Assembly: GCF_964355755.1 (NCBI RefSeq) | Contig: NC_092676.1 | Coordinates: 11,757,888 to 11,821,887 of the forward strand | Direction of reading: 5' to 3' | Length of the DNA stretch: 64,000 nt | Origin: Antedon mediterranea | Taxonomy: Eukaryota > Animalia > Echinodermata | Part shown: positions 40,301-50,150 of the stretch, piece by piece | Numbering within the stretch: the first letter of the stretch is position 1 | Layout: each line of letters opens with the position of its first letter | The notes under the pieces: generated by a model | Seen by the model: only the letters and a program-made list of their open reading frames with translations | Database searches by the model: none | Told to the model about the DNA's origin: nothing | Translations under genes and position numbers: made by a program

Positions 40301-43300
40301 CGTAGAAACTTAAATTTGGTATCAAATTGTTAGAAATACACATATTTACATTCATTCTAATAACAATTTGGATAAAAGATGACCAGAAATACTATTAATT
40401 ACTAATATTTCAAACGAAAAACATATCTCTACACAAATTATCCTTAGACAGTAATGTTATGCAATAACTGATGCTTTAATGGTTTACTGTTTTTAATTGT
40501 ACTTTTGCTTATAATAATGCTAGAAAGTATTTTTAACCCCCGAGGACGATCAAACATTTTGATAGAAACGTCGAGCTAACGTACCGTAGTTATTCGAATA
40601 AAGGGCCCGGGCATTAATTTATTCGGGGAAGGTGTTTATTTTGTTTGGGTGTAATAATGGTAACATGTATAATCAAATAAATACACCAATGACAATGTTG
40701 CATAATATTTTTGAATGTCTCCGACAAAACTTATACATATACACGTCTGTACCCAGTGTAGATAATAAAACAATATATATTTCTAGAGATTTCCTATCAC
40801 CACTAGAAACATTCACATGTTTTAGGTACTGAATGCATTGACAATAAAAGCATCCAAAGTTATCATGATAAAATCATACAACACTGTACTAGCGTACACA
40901 AGGATGTTTTCATTTCGTACAAAACATAAAGAGGAAAACAAATCATGAAGTACCTTTTATCAGTTGAGAAATAAATTATATATAAATATTAAAATTAGAG
41001 ATTTATTCGAATAAACATCCGCTTTGAATAAAAGCCTCCCTCAAATCAACGCCACTCCTCCCTCAATAGAACATCATGTTACCATATTATATCCCAAAAA
41101 AAGATGCCTCCCCTCCCCATAAAAACCCGTTTGAACAATAAATGCCTGGGCGTTTATTCGGATAAATATGGTGAGTTACTTCAAGTTCTAGCATTCTGAA
41201 AAGAACTGTTGAGCTTGACGTTTTTATCAAAATGTTTGATCGTCCTCGGGGACAGCAATAACTGCGTTCTTGTTGGAACGCTGTCCTTTACAAAAATGCT
41301 TGTACAACTCAATGAGATCCAAATTGGCAATTGCCGCAAAATCCTCATTGAGTTTGACGTTGAAATTCACTCTAGAACTCAGAAGTTGAAAAGAGAACTT
41401 CCTGCATCCGAGTTTCAAAACAACTCAGGATTATCGCCAATGATTGCCGTAAGCAATCAACGGTAATGGCCCGAAGGGGACATCACAAATTTGGTCTACC
41501 TTCAGACTTGGTCATTTCAACACAAATGACTCTACCTTCGGATGATTTTAGGGCTTTTAGGAAACCCTGCAGAATGTTCGTTCGGACTTATAACAAGAAT
41601 CGGAGCAACACCTCTGATTCAGTTGTTAATTATCGACTTTCCAAAGGAGAGAAAAAAACTTCTTTCCCGAGGACTTAAATTCTGCCCAAAACCAAGGCAG
41701 GTCGGCGCACAACAACTATCTTTGGATATGGAGTCTTTCTCCAGAATATTACGATTTCGTGAATATTTTGCTGATTCAGACAGCAGCACCACGCAAAACG
41801 AAGGCAACGTTAGCAAATTTAAACCAAAAGTTCCTGGAATCCACCTAAAAATCGTTGTCTAGCTTTAGACAAATTTATTCAGGCTATTGAGGAGGATGTA
41901 CAAAACTACGTTCCGAGTCCAGATAAACGTGACAATCTCTCAAAACAAGAGAGGCAGGTCATTGCCAAATTGCGTCAGCGTAATATCATCATTAAACCCG
42001 CTGATAAAGGTTCTGCCACTGTTGCTATGTACATCAAATTTTATGAAGAGTAGTCCTTAAGACAGCTAAACAATCCTCTTCATTATCGTAAACTTACAAC
42101 GGATCCCACCCCGGAAATTGCGGATAAGGGGACCAAATCTGTTTCTGTGATGGTAAAAAAACTCCATCGATCCTAAGATTGGACCTTATTTGGCACAGGT
42201 TAATCCAGTTCCAGGCAGATTTTATTTCCTATCTAAAATCCACAAAGCAGGAAATTCTGGTAGACCCATTATTTCGGGCAATGGCACGGCTACAGAGACA
42301 ATTTCTGAATATGTGGATGATTTACTTAGACCATATATGTGACTGATCTCCCTTCATACATTCAGGACTCCACGGACTTCATCCGCAAAATAAACAAACA
42401 AATTTACCTAATAATTCTGTTCTGGCTAGATTAGTTTCATCGTTGTATACTAATATTCCTCACGAAGAAGGAACCGACGCATGTATTTTAAATTACAAAC
42501 AAATTCCAGGCAAAACGCCTACTAAAGCTCATGTGACAATTTAAGGCCAATTTTCTGTCCCTCAAACCTAATCTTCATGATCTGGACCCATGGTGAAGAT
42601 AATTTGGAATCTTTTCTTCTTAATATTACTTCAGCTCATTCAAATATCAAATTTACAGCTACTAAATCCACTTGTAGCGTTGATTTTTTGGACACTATAG
42701 TGACCATAGAAAATGGTACACTCAAAACTGACCTATTCTGTAAACCCACGGATAAAAATATGTACCTGCTCCCTAGCAGTTGTCATCCCCGACACTGTAC
42801 TAAAACCATACCGAACAGTCAAGCATTACGTATCAGACGTATCTGTTCTTCAGATTTAGATTTTCAGATTCGTACTGAAGAACTATCCGGACATCTCTGG
42901 AAAAGAAATTACAATGAGGAATACATCGAAACTGCTATAAAGTAAGCAAAAGATATTCCTCGATGTCAAACACTGACGTACAAACCACGTCAGCCAAATT
43001 CGACCAGAGTGCCATTGGTCACAACCTATCCCCCTAGGTTGCCTCCATTACGGGCTATTATTGAGAAACATATGCCCATTCTACAGTCCACAGAACGTCT
43101 CATGACTGATTTTCCGGAACCACCCATTATTGCATTTCGTAGACCTCCCAACCTTCGTGATATGTTAGTCAGATCCAAATTTAAGGGTGAAATAAATAAA
43201 AAATTTGGGTAGTCACCTTTGCGGAAAATCTTGCAAAACTTGTTCATTGGTTGATTCTACTGAAAAATTTAAAAGTAACCAAACTGGCCGCATTTTTTCG

Positions 43301-44359
43301 GATAAGAAAATCAATTAATTATCTAACCAAAAACGTCATTTATCTCATATACTGTAATATTTGTGGTAAACAATACGTCGGGGAAACAAAAACACTCTCC
43401 GTATGAGAATAACACAACACAGGTCAGCTATCAAAACATTAAAGCTTGATCGTTAATGAAACTAAGTTACTAGGTTTTAATTTATAGATACAAGCTAACC
43501 TCAAATGGGACCGTAATGCTAAAGAAATTGTATCCAAAGCCAGCAGACGTCTGCATATATTATGTAGATTAAGAAAGTTCAATCTTCCGAAATTTGATCT
43601 TGTAGATGTATTTAAGAGTTACATAAGACCAAGTGTTGAATATGCTGTCCCAGTATGGCATTCTAGTCTCACTAAGAAACAAAGTGATATGATAGAATCT
43701 GTCCAAAAAAGGGCTTGCAGAATAATATTGTGTAATGACTACATATGTTATGACCAAGCACTCAATGATCATTCTTTAGACACTTTATCTGATAGAAGGC
43801 GTAATCTATGCTATAAGTTTGCTCTGAATTGTTCAAAAAGTATTCATTTTGGAAAATGGTTTCCAGTGAAGAATTAACAAGAAACTAAGACGTGTAAAGT
43901 ATCAACAACCCAAATGCAGAGTTGAAAGATATAGAAAAAGTGCAATACCATACCTTATCACCCAGTACAGCTATGCTATTCTTATTGGTGCTTTTAGGTG
44001 GTTTTTTTTTCTATTTTAATATTTTAAGCTAAACTTTTTGAATGTTCCTGTATTGTATTTCTTGTGTAAATTGCCTCCTTTTTTATATATAATTATCATT
44101 GGTTTTATAATTTTATACAAATTTTAATATTGAGAAAATGTAAATATCTTTGTAATTCAGCTAAGGCTGCGATAATGATATTGAAATAAATGAAATGAAA
44201 TGAAAAAAAATACTCCCAGATCGGTAAAATTATTCCATTGACTACCAAGTTTCAATATTAACCACCATTATAGCTGTTTTTTTTAGTTCCATTCCAAAAG
44301 TGTTTATATCTCTACAAAGCTACCTTCTTTGTTTTCTACTCTTATTCAGTCTCCACCCA

Positions 44360-44407
<48 letters not shown>

Positions 44408-45112
44408 CCAAAGGCAAATTACTGAAAAAATGACAATGCTGTGGGTATCAGTGGCTGGATCTCAATGGAGATACAAAAATAAAAAGCGAAAAGCTAAATC
44501 AAAACGATAAAGTAAACAGCCAGAAAAGTTAGCAGAGCTTTCGGGCAACACTAGCCCTTCATCAGTGCAAGTGAAGGAATTTGGATAACGTCATAGTATA
44601 AAGCTGGCAAGTGCTGCCCGGGTGGACAGGAATAACAGAAATATATATAATATTGTTAGTTATTCCTAACCTCAACGAATCACAGGTATATCGATCTAAC
44701 ATGCACAACGCCGACTCTATTGTTGTAGCCGACGTCTCTCGCGAACAACAATGTCAAATAATTTTACATTCTTCTAGATGATGGATAAAACTAGCCAGGA
44801 CTAAATCCCCTTGGTTGGTCCTATTATTGACCAAAGGCGTCTTTCTTCCAGTGCCCGCCTTGACCAGAAGAAAGGCATGAACCAGTACGTCTGAGGCAGA
44901 TACTAGATGCAGGGGATGCAGTGATGATTTCAAATACCTAATAGGATACATCTCTATATAATATTGATTAGAGTTCACCTTTATTTTTATTCAAAAATTT
45001 TATTCAAAACTTTAAAATAATAAATAAAAGATAAAATAAATAGTAAAAGCGTTTTCTTACCCGCTTCTCCTAGTGTATTAAAAACTAAAATCAATAGCAC
45101 AACGGTAAGCAT
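3256..45112 (-). CDS. Multi-exon secreted mosaic protein: signal peptide-FTLD-Gly-rich repeat-unknown domain-FTLD-kringle-(FTLD-unknown domain)x3-FTLD (partial; continues off-window left)
   Basis: Exons in transcription order, all GT-AG, internal exons phase 1-1 with lengths divisible by 3 and no in-frame stop seen: 45112-45061, 22422-22300, 21926-21834, 21532-21320, 21132-19723, 19393-18845, 14458-14336, 13696-13604, 13485-13273, 10601-10557, 10382-10338, 10182-9928, 9669-9628, 9233-9117, 8864-8772, 8628-8416, 8271-8230, 8067-7585, 7395-7267, 6959-6867, 6737-6525, 6271-6230, 6060-5578, 5388-5260, 4955-4863, 4733-4521, 4267-4226, 4056-3574, 3384-3256. Joining into one transcript, and the link to the distant first exon, are inference. 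Confidence 0.75.
3574..4056 (-). CDS. Unassigned domain exon, copy 4 (483 bp)
   Basis: Overlaps ORF 3512..3991; splice sites as in copies 2-3. Confidence 0.85.
4226..5388 (-). CDS. F-type lectin domain 5 (5388-5260, 4955-4863, 4733-4521) plus linker (4267-4226)
   Basis: Near-identical to domain 4; 93- and 213-bp exons read through without stops. Confidence 0.88.
4357..4465 (+). mobile_element. Short Helentron/DINE-like non-autonomous element (other copies 6361-6469 +, 60808-60894 -, 62749-62880 -)
   Basis: Subterminal IR gtcgcgtgc/gcacgcgac, internal (GGTC/GGTT)n, 3' hairpin gccat..atggc; four copies in the window. Confidence 0.6.
5578..6060 (-). CDS. Unassigned domain exon, copy 3 (483 bp)
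   Basis: Overlaps ORF 5516..5995; splice sites as in copy 2. Confidence 0.85.
6230..7395 (-). CDS. F-type lectin domain 4 (7395-7267, 6959-6867, 6737-6525) plus linker (6271-6230)
   Basis: Near-identical to domain 3, splice sites conserved. Confidence 0.88.
7585..8067 (-). CDS. Unassigned domain exon, copy 2 (483 bp)
   Basis: Overlaps ORF 7523..8002; acceptor TTACAG|, donor GGG|GTAATC. Confidence 0.85.
8230..9669 (-). CDS. 42-bp linker (9669-9628), F-type lectin domain 3 (9233-9117, 8864-8772, 8628-8416), 42-bp linker (8271-8230)
   Basis: Same FTLD motifs (RAIDG, CTHT, WWYVDLG, NRKDCCGNR, LTLCEV); linkers GGEGWTGEITPIRK and DGEIMTGEITPSSK. Confidence 0.88.
9928..10182 (-). CDS. Kringle domain exon
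   Basis: ECF..ADYRGSISVTETGKMCQRW..HNFCRNPD..AWCYTTD..FEACNI..ENC; six kringle cysteines, YRG and NxCRNPD motifs; single 255-bp phase 1-1 exon. Confidence 0.95.
10338..10601 (-). CDS. Two duplicated 45-bp linker micro-exons (10601-10557, 10382-10338)
   Basis: GN[G/R]KGTRIEGRPSRT, each bounded by ACAG| and |GTAAAA, inside a ~220-230-bp local tandem duplication. Confidence 0.65.
10778..13105 (+). mobile_element. Degraded Penelope-like element, family A (partial pLTR, RT, GIY-YIG start, inverted pLTR piece)
   Basis: Homologous to 27124-30535 with frameshifts and deletions; inverted pLTR fragment at ~13016-13105. Confidence 0.9.
13273..14458 (-). CDS. F-type lectin domain 2 (exons 14458-14336, 13696-13604, 13485-13273)
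   Basis: AKQSSTHSSGAVAGRAIDGNTDGDF..CSHT / NPWWYVDLG..NRQDCC / GNRLVGAEIRVG..LTLCEVQIY; same 123/93/213-bp exon sizes as domain 1. Confidence 0.9.
14140..14280. repeat. Degenerate (CAT/CAG/CAC)n trinucleotide microsatellite
   Basis: catcagcatcagcatcatc runs; similar tracts at 13775-13820 and 14515-14560. Confidence 0.8.
18525..18692 (+). repeat. Polypurine (GGA/GGGA) low-complexity tract
   Basis: gagggaggagagggagggag..., almost no pyrimidines over ~165 bp. Confidence 0.9.
18845..19393 (-). CDS. Exon encoding unassigned ~150-aa extracellular domain, copy 1, plus linker
   Basis: GRYCNAGWKIKSRGGLDSNGWTMVSPDQKFSCSGQVASW..GDVIGWSF..KREYSIEAKV; acceptor TTGCAG|, donor AAG|GTAAAC; contains ORF 18834..19328. 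Confidence 0.85.
19723..21132 (-). CDS. 1410-bp exon encoding a Gly/Gln/Pro/Lys/Arg-rich repeat region (GG[KR]PGGQ[EG]-like units)
   Basis: Acceptor TAATAG|AA at 21132, open frame continuous with track ORF 19685..20719, donor AAAG|GTCAGA at 19723. Confidence 0.85.
21320..22422 (-). CDS. F-type lectin domain 1 (exons 22422-22300, 21926-21834, 21532-21320)
   Basis: AEQSST..RAIDGNTDGN..CTHT / NPWWFVEL..IYNRQDCC / GTRLVGAEVRVG..C..GQYVSV..LTLCEVQLY. Matches the F-type Ca motif (h2DG) and fucose-binding H..RxDx4R motif. Confidence 0.9.
22700..23460 (-). mobile_element. Highly decayed LINE RT remnant (L2/Rex1-like)
   Basis: Minus strand reads NTGVQQGTCLSLVLFSLYTSDF and YADDS; many stops. Confidence 0.6.
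23606..24701 (+). mobile_element. ~1.1-kb non-autonomous element with terminal hairpin, Helitron/Helentron-like (copies 57997-58989 -, partial 15528-16445 +)
   Basis: Starts aactagatggtacgctcgcttcgctcgcgtaccatctag (13-bp IR); colinear homology among three copies; no TIRs or ORF seen. Confidence 0.65.
24900..26780 (-). mobile_element. CR1/L2-group LINE RT fragment with a nested short 3'-end insertion (~26072-26305)
   Basis: ORFs 26081..26776 (YRPISILP) and 25218..25934 (KAFDTINH, GVPQGSVLGP, LFADD); the nested piece ends in a (TGAAA)n tail. Confidence 0.88.
27202..27243 (+). ncRNA. Minimal type I hammerhead ribozyme in family A 5' pLTR
   Basis: gca-CTGATGA-a-gggc(tagtgtt)gccc-GAAA-gctc-tgc; palindromic AGCT stem III. 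Confidence 0.75.
27421..30150 (+). pseudogene. PLE reverse transcriptase-GIY-YIG endonuclease ORF with two frameshifts in A runs
   Basis: IIIKPADKG, LPKIHK, GRPIIS, LDVSSLYTNIP, GTAMG, RYIDD, CGKSCKSC linker, VIYLIYCNICGKQYVGET. Extra A at ~28488-28495 and missing A at ~30098-30100 relative to sister copies (11728, 34720). Confidence 0.9.
30365..30406 (+). ncRNA. Minimal type I hammerhead ribozyme in family A 3' pLTR
   Basis: Same core as 27202-27243. Confidence 0.75.
30590..31445 (-). mobile_element. 5'-truncated Penelope-like element, family B (GIY-YIG plus pLTR)
   Basis: ORF 30772..31323: KLSYSCMP, CNCR..CPL.G.CL, VVYQA..YVGLTE..FKTRY, CNLC.YEK; bounded by (TA)n. Confidence 0.88.
30632..30687 (-). 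ncRNA. Type I hammerhead ribozyme (family B)
   Basis: tcac-CTGAAGA-gtgcggccagc(tacat)gctggtcgtac-GAAAC-aaatttGTA-gtga: 4-bp stem I, 11-bp stem II, palindromic acaaatttgt stem III, GUA site. Confidence 0.88.
31581..31652 (-). tRNA. tRNA-like cloverleaf, anticodon ATC (Asp-type), in repeat copy 1
   Basis: GCCCCAG/TTGGGGC acceptor, GTC/GAC D-stem, TCTGC-ATATCAA-GCAGG, CCGAG-TTCGAGT-CTCGG; T5 follows. More likely repeat-borne than a housekeeping tRNA. Confidence 0.55.
31730..33010 (-). mobile_element. 5'-truncated Penelope-like element, family C (Poseidon-like)
   Basis: SPVSPIMANIFME, WRRYVDD, IPFLD, GIVYQVGCHNCKKVYIGETGR, NRDQG; 32956-33009 is an inverted copy of 31803-31857. Confidence 0.88.
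33173..33216 (+). ncRNA. Type I hammerhead ribozyme, dimer unit 1
   Basis: gcac-CTGAAGA-t-tgag(ttcata)ttca-t-GAAAC-agcctGTA-gtgc. Confidence 0.78.
33613..33656 (+). ncRNA. Type I hammerhead ribozyme, dimer unit 2
   Basis: gcac-CTGAAGA-t-tgag(ttcata)ctca-t-GAAAC-agcctGTA-gtgc. Confidence 0.8.
33798..35070 (+). mobile_element. 3' fragment of family A PLE; pLTR with deleted hammerhead
   Basis: Homologous to 29146-30535 with stops; core reads ccgatgaagggctagt and is then deleted. Confidence 0.88.
35101..37250 (-). mobile_element. Penelope-like element, family D (RT plus GIY-YIG), 5'-truncated with inverted end pieces
   Basis: ORFs 35768..37039 (TLKDHKPNF, CRLINP, FDIVEFYP, MGSYDGAE, LYRDDGL) and 35271..35798 (IYQA..YIGLTE); inverted segments 37062-37250; flanked by (TA)n. 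Confidence 0.9.
35137..35185 (-). ncRNA. Type I hammerhead ribozyme (family D)
   Basis: gtctc-CTGATGA-gtgag(tttcacga)ctcac-GAAAC-aagcctGTA-gagac: perfect 5-bp stems I and II, GUA site. Confidence 0.9.
37430..37501 (-). tRNA. tRNA-like cloverleaf (ATC), copy 2, variant B
   Basis: Same fold with changes in the D and anticodon stems; T6 follows. Confidence 0.5.
37551..38485 (-). mobile_element. Harbinger/PIF-like non-autonomous DNA transposon with TIRs and 3-bp TSD
   Basis: TIRs agcgagctttcgt/acgaaagctcgct, ATT duplication (37548-37550, 38486-38488), empty site visible in sister repeats; internal stub 38025..38291 resembles a Harbinger-type transposase N-terminus. Confidence 0.8.
38740..38811 (-). 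tRNA. tRNA-like cloverleaf (ATC), copy 3, variant B
   Basis: Same sequence as copy 2. Confidence 0.5.
39207..39278 (+). tRNA. tRNA-like cloverleaf (ATC), copy 4
   Basis: Same sequence as copy 1; T6 follows. Confidence 0.55.
39498..39569 (+). tRNA. tRNA-like cloverleaf (ATC), copy 5, D-loop GG mutated
   Basis: aattgtt in place of aatggtt. Confidence 0.45.
40582..41172. mobile_element. Possible MITE with imperfect TIRs
   Basis: taccgtagttattcgaataaagggcccgggcatt versus aatgcctgggcgtttattcggataaatatggtg. Confidence 0.45.
43452..44205 (+). mobile_element. L2-group LINE 3' fragment
   Basis: SYIRPSVEYAVPVWHSSLTKKQSDMIESVQKRACRII; aataaa(tgaaa)n tail. Confidence 0.8.
44529..44570 (-). ncRNA. Minimal hammerhead in inverted family A pLTR (44403-44642)
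   Basis: Reverse complement of the same motif. Confidence 0.72.
45061..45112 (-). CDS. Putative first coding exon (signal peptide MLTVVLLILVFNTLGEA)
   Basis: acaacATG start, hydrophobic core, G-E-A cleavage-type motif, phase-1 donor G|GTAAG compatible with the acceptor at 22422. Confidence 0.55.
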
Positions 45113-47509
45113 GTTGTATTTTGAAATTCCAATTTATAAATTGGTCGTCGACGTCAAAACTGAGATAGTATTAACTCTAGTTCCACTCTTTAACTTCGGA
45201 TATCACTAAGTTTAGTATTTTTTTAAACGTATATTCATAGTAATTTTGAACATGATACTTATGTGAAGGAGTATTTGAAGTGATCATCGTAATTTTGATA
45301 ATAATTAACAGAATGACACAGTATTGTAAACGATTACACACGCACAAACTATAATTAGGCGTATATTTCGCAAAAACGATTTTCCGAATGGAATTAAAAT
45401 ATAAAATATTTTTCCAACGCAATTATAGTACATACATACATATAGTATATCAAGCCAATTGGTTAATAAATAAATAATGATCAGTGTCGTGGTGTAGACA
45501 CAATTTAACTATCCATAGACAACGTTTTACCGTTAACCACATTTTTTGACAACGTATTAGGTAGGTACTATGATAGCGAGATTTCCGATTTTCTACGCGC
45601 GCTCGCCGTAGAGCCGTGAACTTCTGTGACGTCACTACTGTAGTGCATTTGAAAATCTACCCGATCAATTTTCACTGTATATTTAGGCAAATTGCCTGCC
45701 AAGGATAAGCGAATCATTCACTATCCTTCTTAAAAGTGGCAATCCTGTGACAAGGTACAAATATTATACAGAATCACTTTATTACAAGTCTTTGGGAGTG
45801 GAGTTATATTTGTCATTAGAAAAACAGTGGCACTGACAGGACTTGAACTCAGGATCAAGAATTGGTAGCGAAGCATTATAACCACCAAGCCACAACTCCA
45901 CTCCACTTGTTAACAAACAATTAGAAATTATCCGGCACTTCAATTGCCAATTTGATCTGCATGCAGGTTTAAATAAGCCAGTGTTTAGTCTGTTATTTTA
46001 AGAAACACTTCCCATGAACGGAAAGATACATCGCATCCGCAGAATAACATTTTACATGCACTAACGTTTCCCTTCCGTCTAACGCCTTGAAACAACAACA
46101 AAAAACGCTATTTACGAAAGAAAATATTTCCTGTCTTGTGCCTCAAAAGAAGTACACATGCAAAGTTCATCATATTTCACTCTACTGTTTACACATTGAG
46201 AAACAAGCTAGAGACAAGCACCCACTTCATTATATATAAATGTATTTATTGTGTATAGAATAACGCTTTTTTAATCAACTCGCACGAACAACACATAATT
46301 ATGTAAAAGAAACAACAAATTCAAAAAACCCAATGCATTTACAAAATAATGCAGGCATACATGTGACCGACAAAGTTTTCTTGGCAAAACAAGTCAGAAT
46401 CGAAATTGTGTTGAGAAACATTAAGTGAGAAGCAGATTCATTAAACTGTGCTAATTTCACAGAAAATACATAATCAATTAAGAATGAAAAATAATCTGTC
46501 TAGGAATTTCCTTAATTGTTTGTAAGAGAGAGCATAATGTGTTATTATATTGTCAGGAATATTACACACGATGTGTCAGTATAACAACGATTAAATGAAT
46601 GTATGGTTATAAATCAAACTATTCAATTAATCATTTCAAACTCACTAGATCATGTAATATTACATTGTTGTAGGCCTATAAGATATTTCTCAGGAAACAA
46701 TTACTCAAGGACGTCGATATTATTTAATCACTATTTTTATCTGTGTGCGAGTTTTACGTCTGTATATATTATCATAGACAATGATCAAGGCTTTGATTAT
46801 CTGGGAATTGTTTTCATAACGTGTGTTTTAAAAAATCAATATAAAAACCAAATACTTGTCTCGTTGTATATACAAACAATTGTGGAGTGGCCGGAACTGT
46901 TGTCAATACAACCAGTAAAAGTATAAAATTATCATTTCATAACTAAACCTGATCAACAAGCACAAGGTCATTTGGAAAGTGTAATAACCCCACTTTAAAA
47001 CTAAATTTCGCATTTATATAAAATCACTTTTTTTGGGTTTGTAAACATTATTTTCTTTGACTTACTAACATGTCACGTTTTTTTACTTAATAACGTAAAC
47101 ATATATATTTACTTAAAAACGTCCAACCACGTTTTTTTTTTACTTCCTAACATGTTTGTCATACTAAAATAATTTATCACAAATTGGTAAAATATTATAT
47201 ATTATACCATACCTAAGCTCTAGTTTATTTTAAAAGGAATTGAATGTGTCCGGTTTTGTAGCATGTTTCAATTTTTGCGCAGTCTAAGATGAGTTAGACA
47301 CTACGTACCTCTTTACATAAAACAGATATGCTGGATTATAATCATCTTCTTCTTTACCAACTTTGCACAAAGCATTATTGCCAATAAAACAAACTTTTAA
47401 ACGATGCAAAATAAAAATAATAATAATGAATGACACATTATTCCAGATAATTTTGCTATTACATTCATTTTCCCATTTTTTTAAAATTGTGGATGAGTGG
47501 ATTTTACGG

Positions 47510-50150
47510 TTTACCAGTTATCGATACCTACTAGAATAACTACAACAACTGCCCCTCTTGATTGATCACTCATATACCAACCAAACTCATTCTAATATTT
47601 CCTCCGGTGTTCTTATCACTGATATTTCTGACCATCTTCCCATTTTTCAACTTATTCATGATGACCAATGCCATTATAAAAAGCTACTGATAGACTGTCT
47701 CCCCGCATACAGGATGTTAATGCCTTTTGTAATGACATCACAAATGAAGATTGGTCCAAAGTTTATAACGTCTCTACACCTAATTTCGCTTTTGACACAT
47801 TTTTATTAAAATTCTATAATATACATGAAAAACATACTACCTATAAATCTGTACCCAAAGCAAAAATGTCTAAACAACCATGGATGTCGCCTGGTCTTAG
47901 AAAATGTAGTAAAAAAAGCAAAATTAATACAAAAAAATTATTTTATCACAAGATCCTAATCGCAAACTAACTTACACAAAATATAACAATATGTTTAATA
48001 AGCTTTGCCGTACTGCAAAGAGGAATTATTTTTCTTTACAATTTGACACGGTCAAAGGCAATCTTAAAAAAACCTGGTCAATTATTAATTCTGTTTTATC
48101 CCCTAATAAGTCATGTCGAAAATATCCTAAACAACTTACAATAAATGACAATACCATTACATCTGAAATAGATATTTGTAATCAATTTAATATATATTTT
48201 TATAAAATTGGCACTTCACTTAAAAATTCAATGCCAGATTCCTTAATTAATCCTAAATCATATCTTCCTGATCCCCTTCTCCATTCTTTCCTTATAAATC
48301 CTGTAACTGAGCATGAAGTGATGATAATTATAAATGATCTTGATCCAAATAAAGAAGGTGGCGATGATAGAGTTACACCATACGTTATTACATTGGTTTC
48401 TCCACTCAGTATTAATCACCTTACGTTCTGTATTAATTCATCTTTTTCTTCAGACAGTTTTCCAAATTATTTAAAGTTAGCAAAAGTTATTCCAATTTTC
48501 AAGAAACGTAGACAAGATAAACTTTCAAATTACAGACCCATTTCATTACTTAGTACCTTTTCCAAAATAATTGAACAATTAATGTACTCCCGTCTCTATG
48601 AGTTCCTGGATTGCAATAACGTACTCTTTGCTCATCAATACGGTTTTCGTAAATCTCATTCCACTTCATATGCAATCCTTGATCTCATAAATAATGTAAC
48701 AAACACCTTTAAAAAAAGACAATTTTTGTTATCTGTCTTTGTCGACTTATCCAAAGCCTTCGATATTATAGATCACCGTATACTTATTAAAAAACTTAAC
48801 AATCATGGAATCAGGGGTATCACCTTAAACTGGTTTCGTTTACTTAAAGATGTATTGTCCCTTTGTCAAATTCCAAAAAAATAAAAATAAAAAGATTTCG
48901 AAAAAAAGTGGGTCATTTTGAAGTATCATAATAGTTATTAACTTTCACCAAAAATTAGTTGGAAAAAAAAATCATTTAACTGAAATACAGACGTTTTTTG
49001 GTTCAAAAAATAACTTTGACTTCCAGTCAAAGTTTTCGATCAAAACATATCTTATAATGCAATGCGCTTATTTGGCTACTCTGTATGCATAATCATAAAA
49101 CTTCCTCGCGATCTGTGTGAAAACACCTTCTCAACCGTGACGAGTTGTAAACAATCCTAATTAGCATCATGCATAATGTATACTCATGGTTTAAAATCTT
49201 TGTTTACTTTTAATCGCGACTATTTTCCAGACGAAATGTAATCAAATTAATTTAGCTGTTAATTACGTAAAATTGTTGTTTTTGGCTCGAATTTTCGACT
49301 TAAAGTGAATAACTTTAATATTACTTTGATATGGCCAATAAACATTTAGTATATTTTGACTTTAATTTTTTTGTGTTTCAAGGGACAATACATCTTTAAG
49401 TATGAGGAAGAAATATGTCTCGTTTGGTAATTGTATATCACCAGAGGAGGAGATGGGGTGGGGTGCCACAAGGCTCTATTCTTGGCTCTCTCATTTTTCT
49501 AATTTACGTAAATGACTTATCCAGAGTCAGTGACACACTCCATGTCATCTCCTACACTATTTTTTCTCATTCAGATTTAAATTTTTTATTTTCTATAGTT
49601 AATATTGAATTGTCAAAATATAATGACTGGTTCATTTCAAATAAACTCCTTATAAACTCCATAGAAACTAATTACATTCTTTTTCATACACAACGTCAAT
49701 CGTTAGACCTCACAAATTACAATATATTTATTAATGGGGATAACATTAAACAAACGTCAGAGACTATGTTCCTTGGTGTTTTAATCCATGAAAACTTGAG
49801 ATGGACTAGTCATCAGAATCATATTGCAAATAAAATTTCTAAAACAATTGGGATTATAAATAATCTTAAGCACACTTTTCCTCAGCGTATCCTTCTTTCT
49901 TTATATAATTCTTTAATTTTACTTCAACTTGATTATTGTAACATAATTTGGGCTCCTGACTATCCATCTCATCTCGATAAACTTAATAAGTTGATTAAGC
50001 GTGATATTAGAAATATTACTTTTACGTCTCGCATTACTCCATCTGAACCTTTATTTTATGAACTTAAGTTACTGAAGTTAGGCGATATACATAAATTGCA
50101 ATGTGCCTCGTTTGTCTTTCATAATCAACTTTATTGTAATTATAATTAAT
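47510..50150 (+). mobile_element. Decayed CR1/L2-group LINE (endonuclease plus RT) split by a MITE
   Basis: IDH..ISDHLPIF, NYRPISLLS, QYGFR, DLSKAFD, GVPQGSILG, LDYCNIIW. Confidence 0.88.
48848..49395. mobile_element. Kolobok-like MITE with 15-bp TIRs and TTAA TSD
   Basis: ttaa|agatgtattgtccct ... agggacaatacatct|ttaa. AG..CT termini with TTAA fit Kolobok better than piggyBac (CCY termini). Confidence 0.85.

Larger units (their letters stand above)
41262..44642 (+). mobile_element. Degraded family A PLE interrupted by an L2-like fragment, then (TA)n and an inverted pLTR
   Basis: Homologous to 27588-30280 with many frameshifts. Confidence 0.88.

Noticed and set aside
44754-44978. Possible second exon (EMYPIRYLK..) near the signal exon
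   Set aside because: Phase-compatible sites exist, but there is no recognisable domain and the donor is weak; needs transcript data.
45129-45144. Palindrome ccaatttataaattgg as a TATA box
   Set aside because: Only ~20-25 nt from the ATG, leaving no 5' UTR; plausible by chance in AT-rich DNA.
45828-45893. tRNA-like A/B boxes here (minus strand) and at ~14890-14955 and ~16800-16855
   Set aside because: No complete cloverleaf; probably decayed SINE heads, boundaries not supportable.
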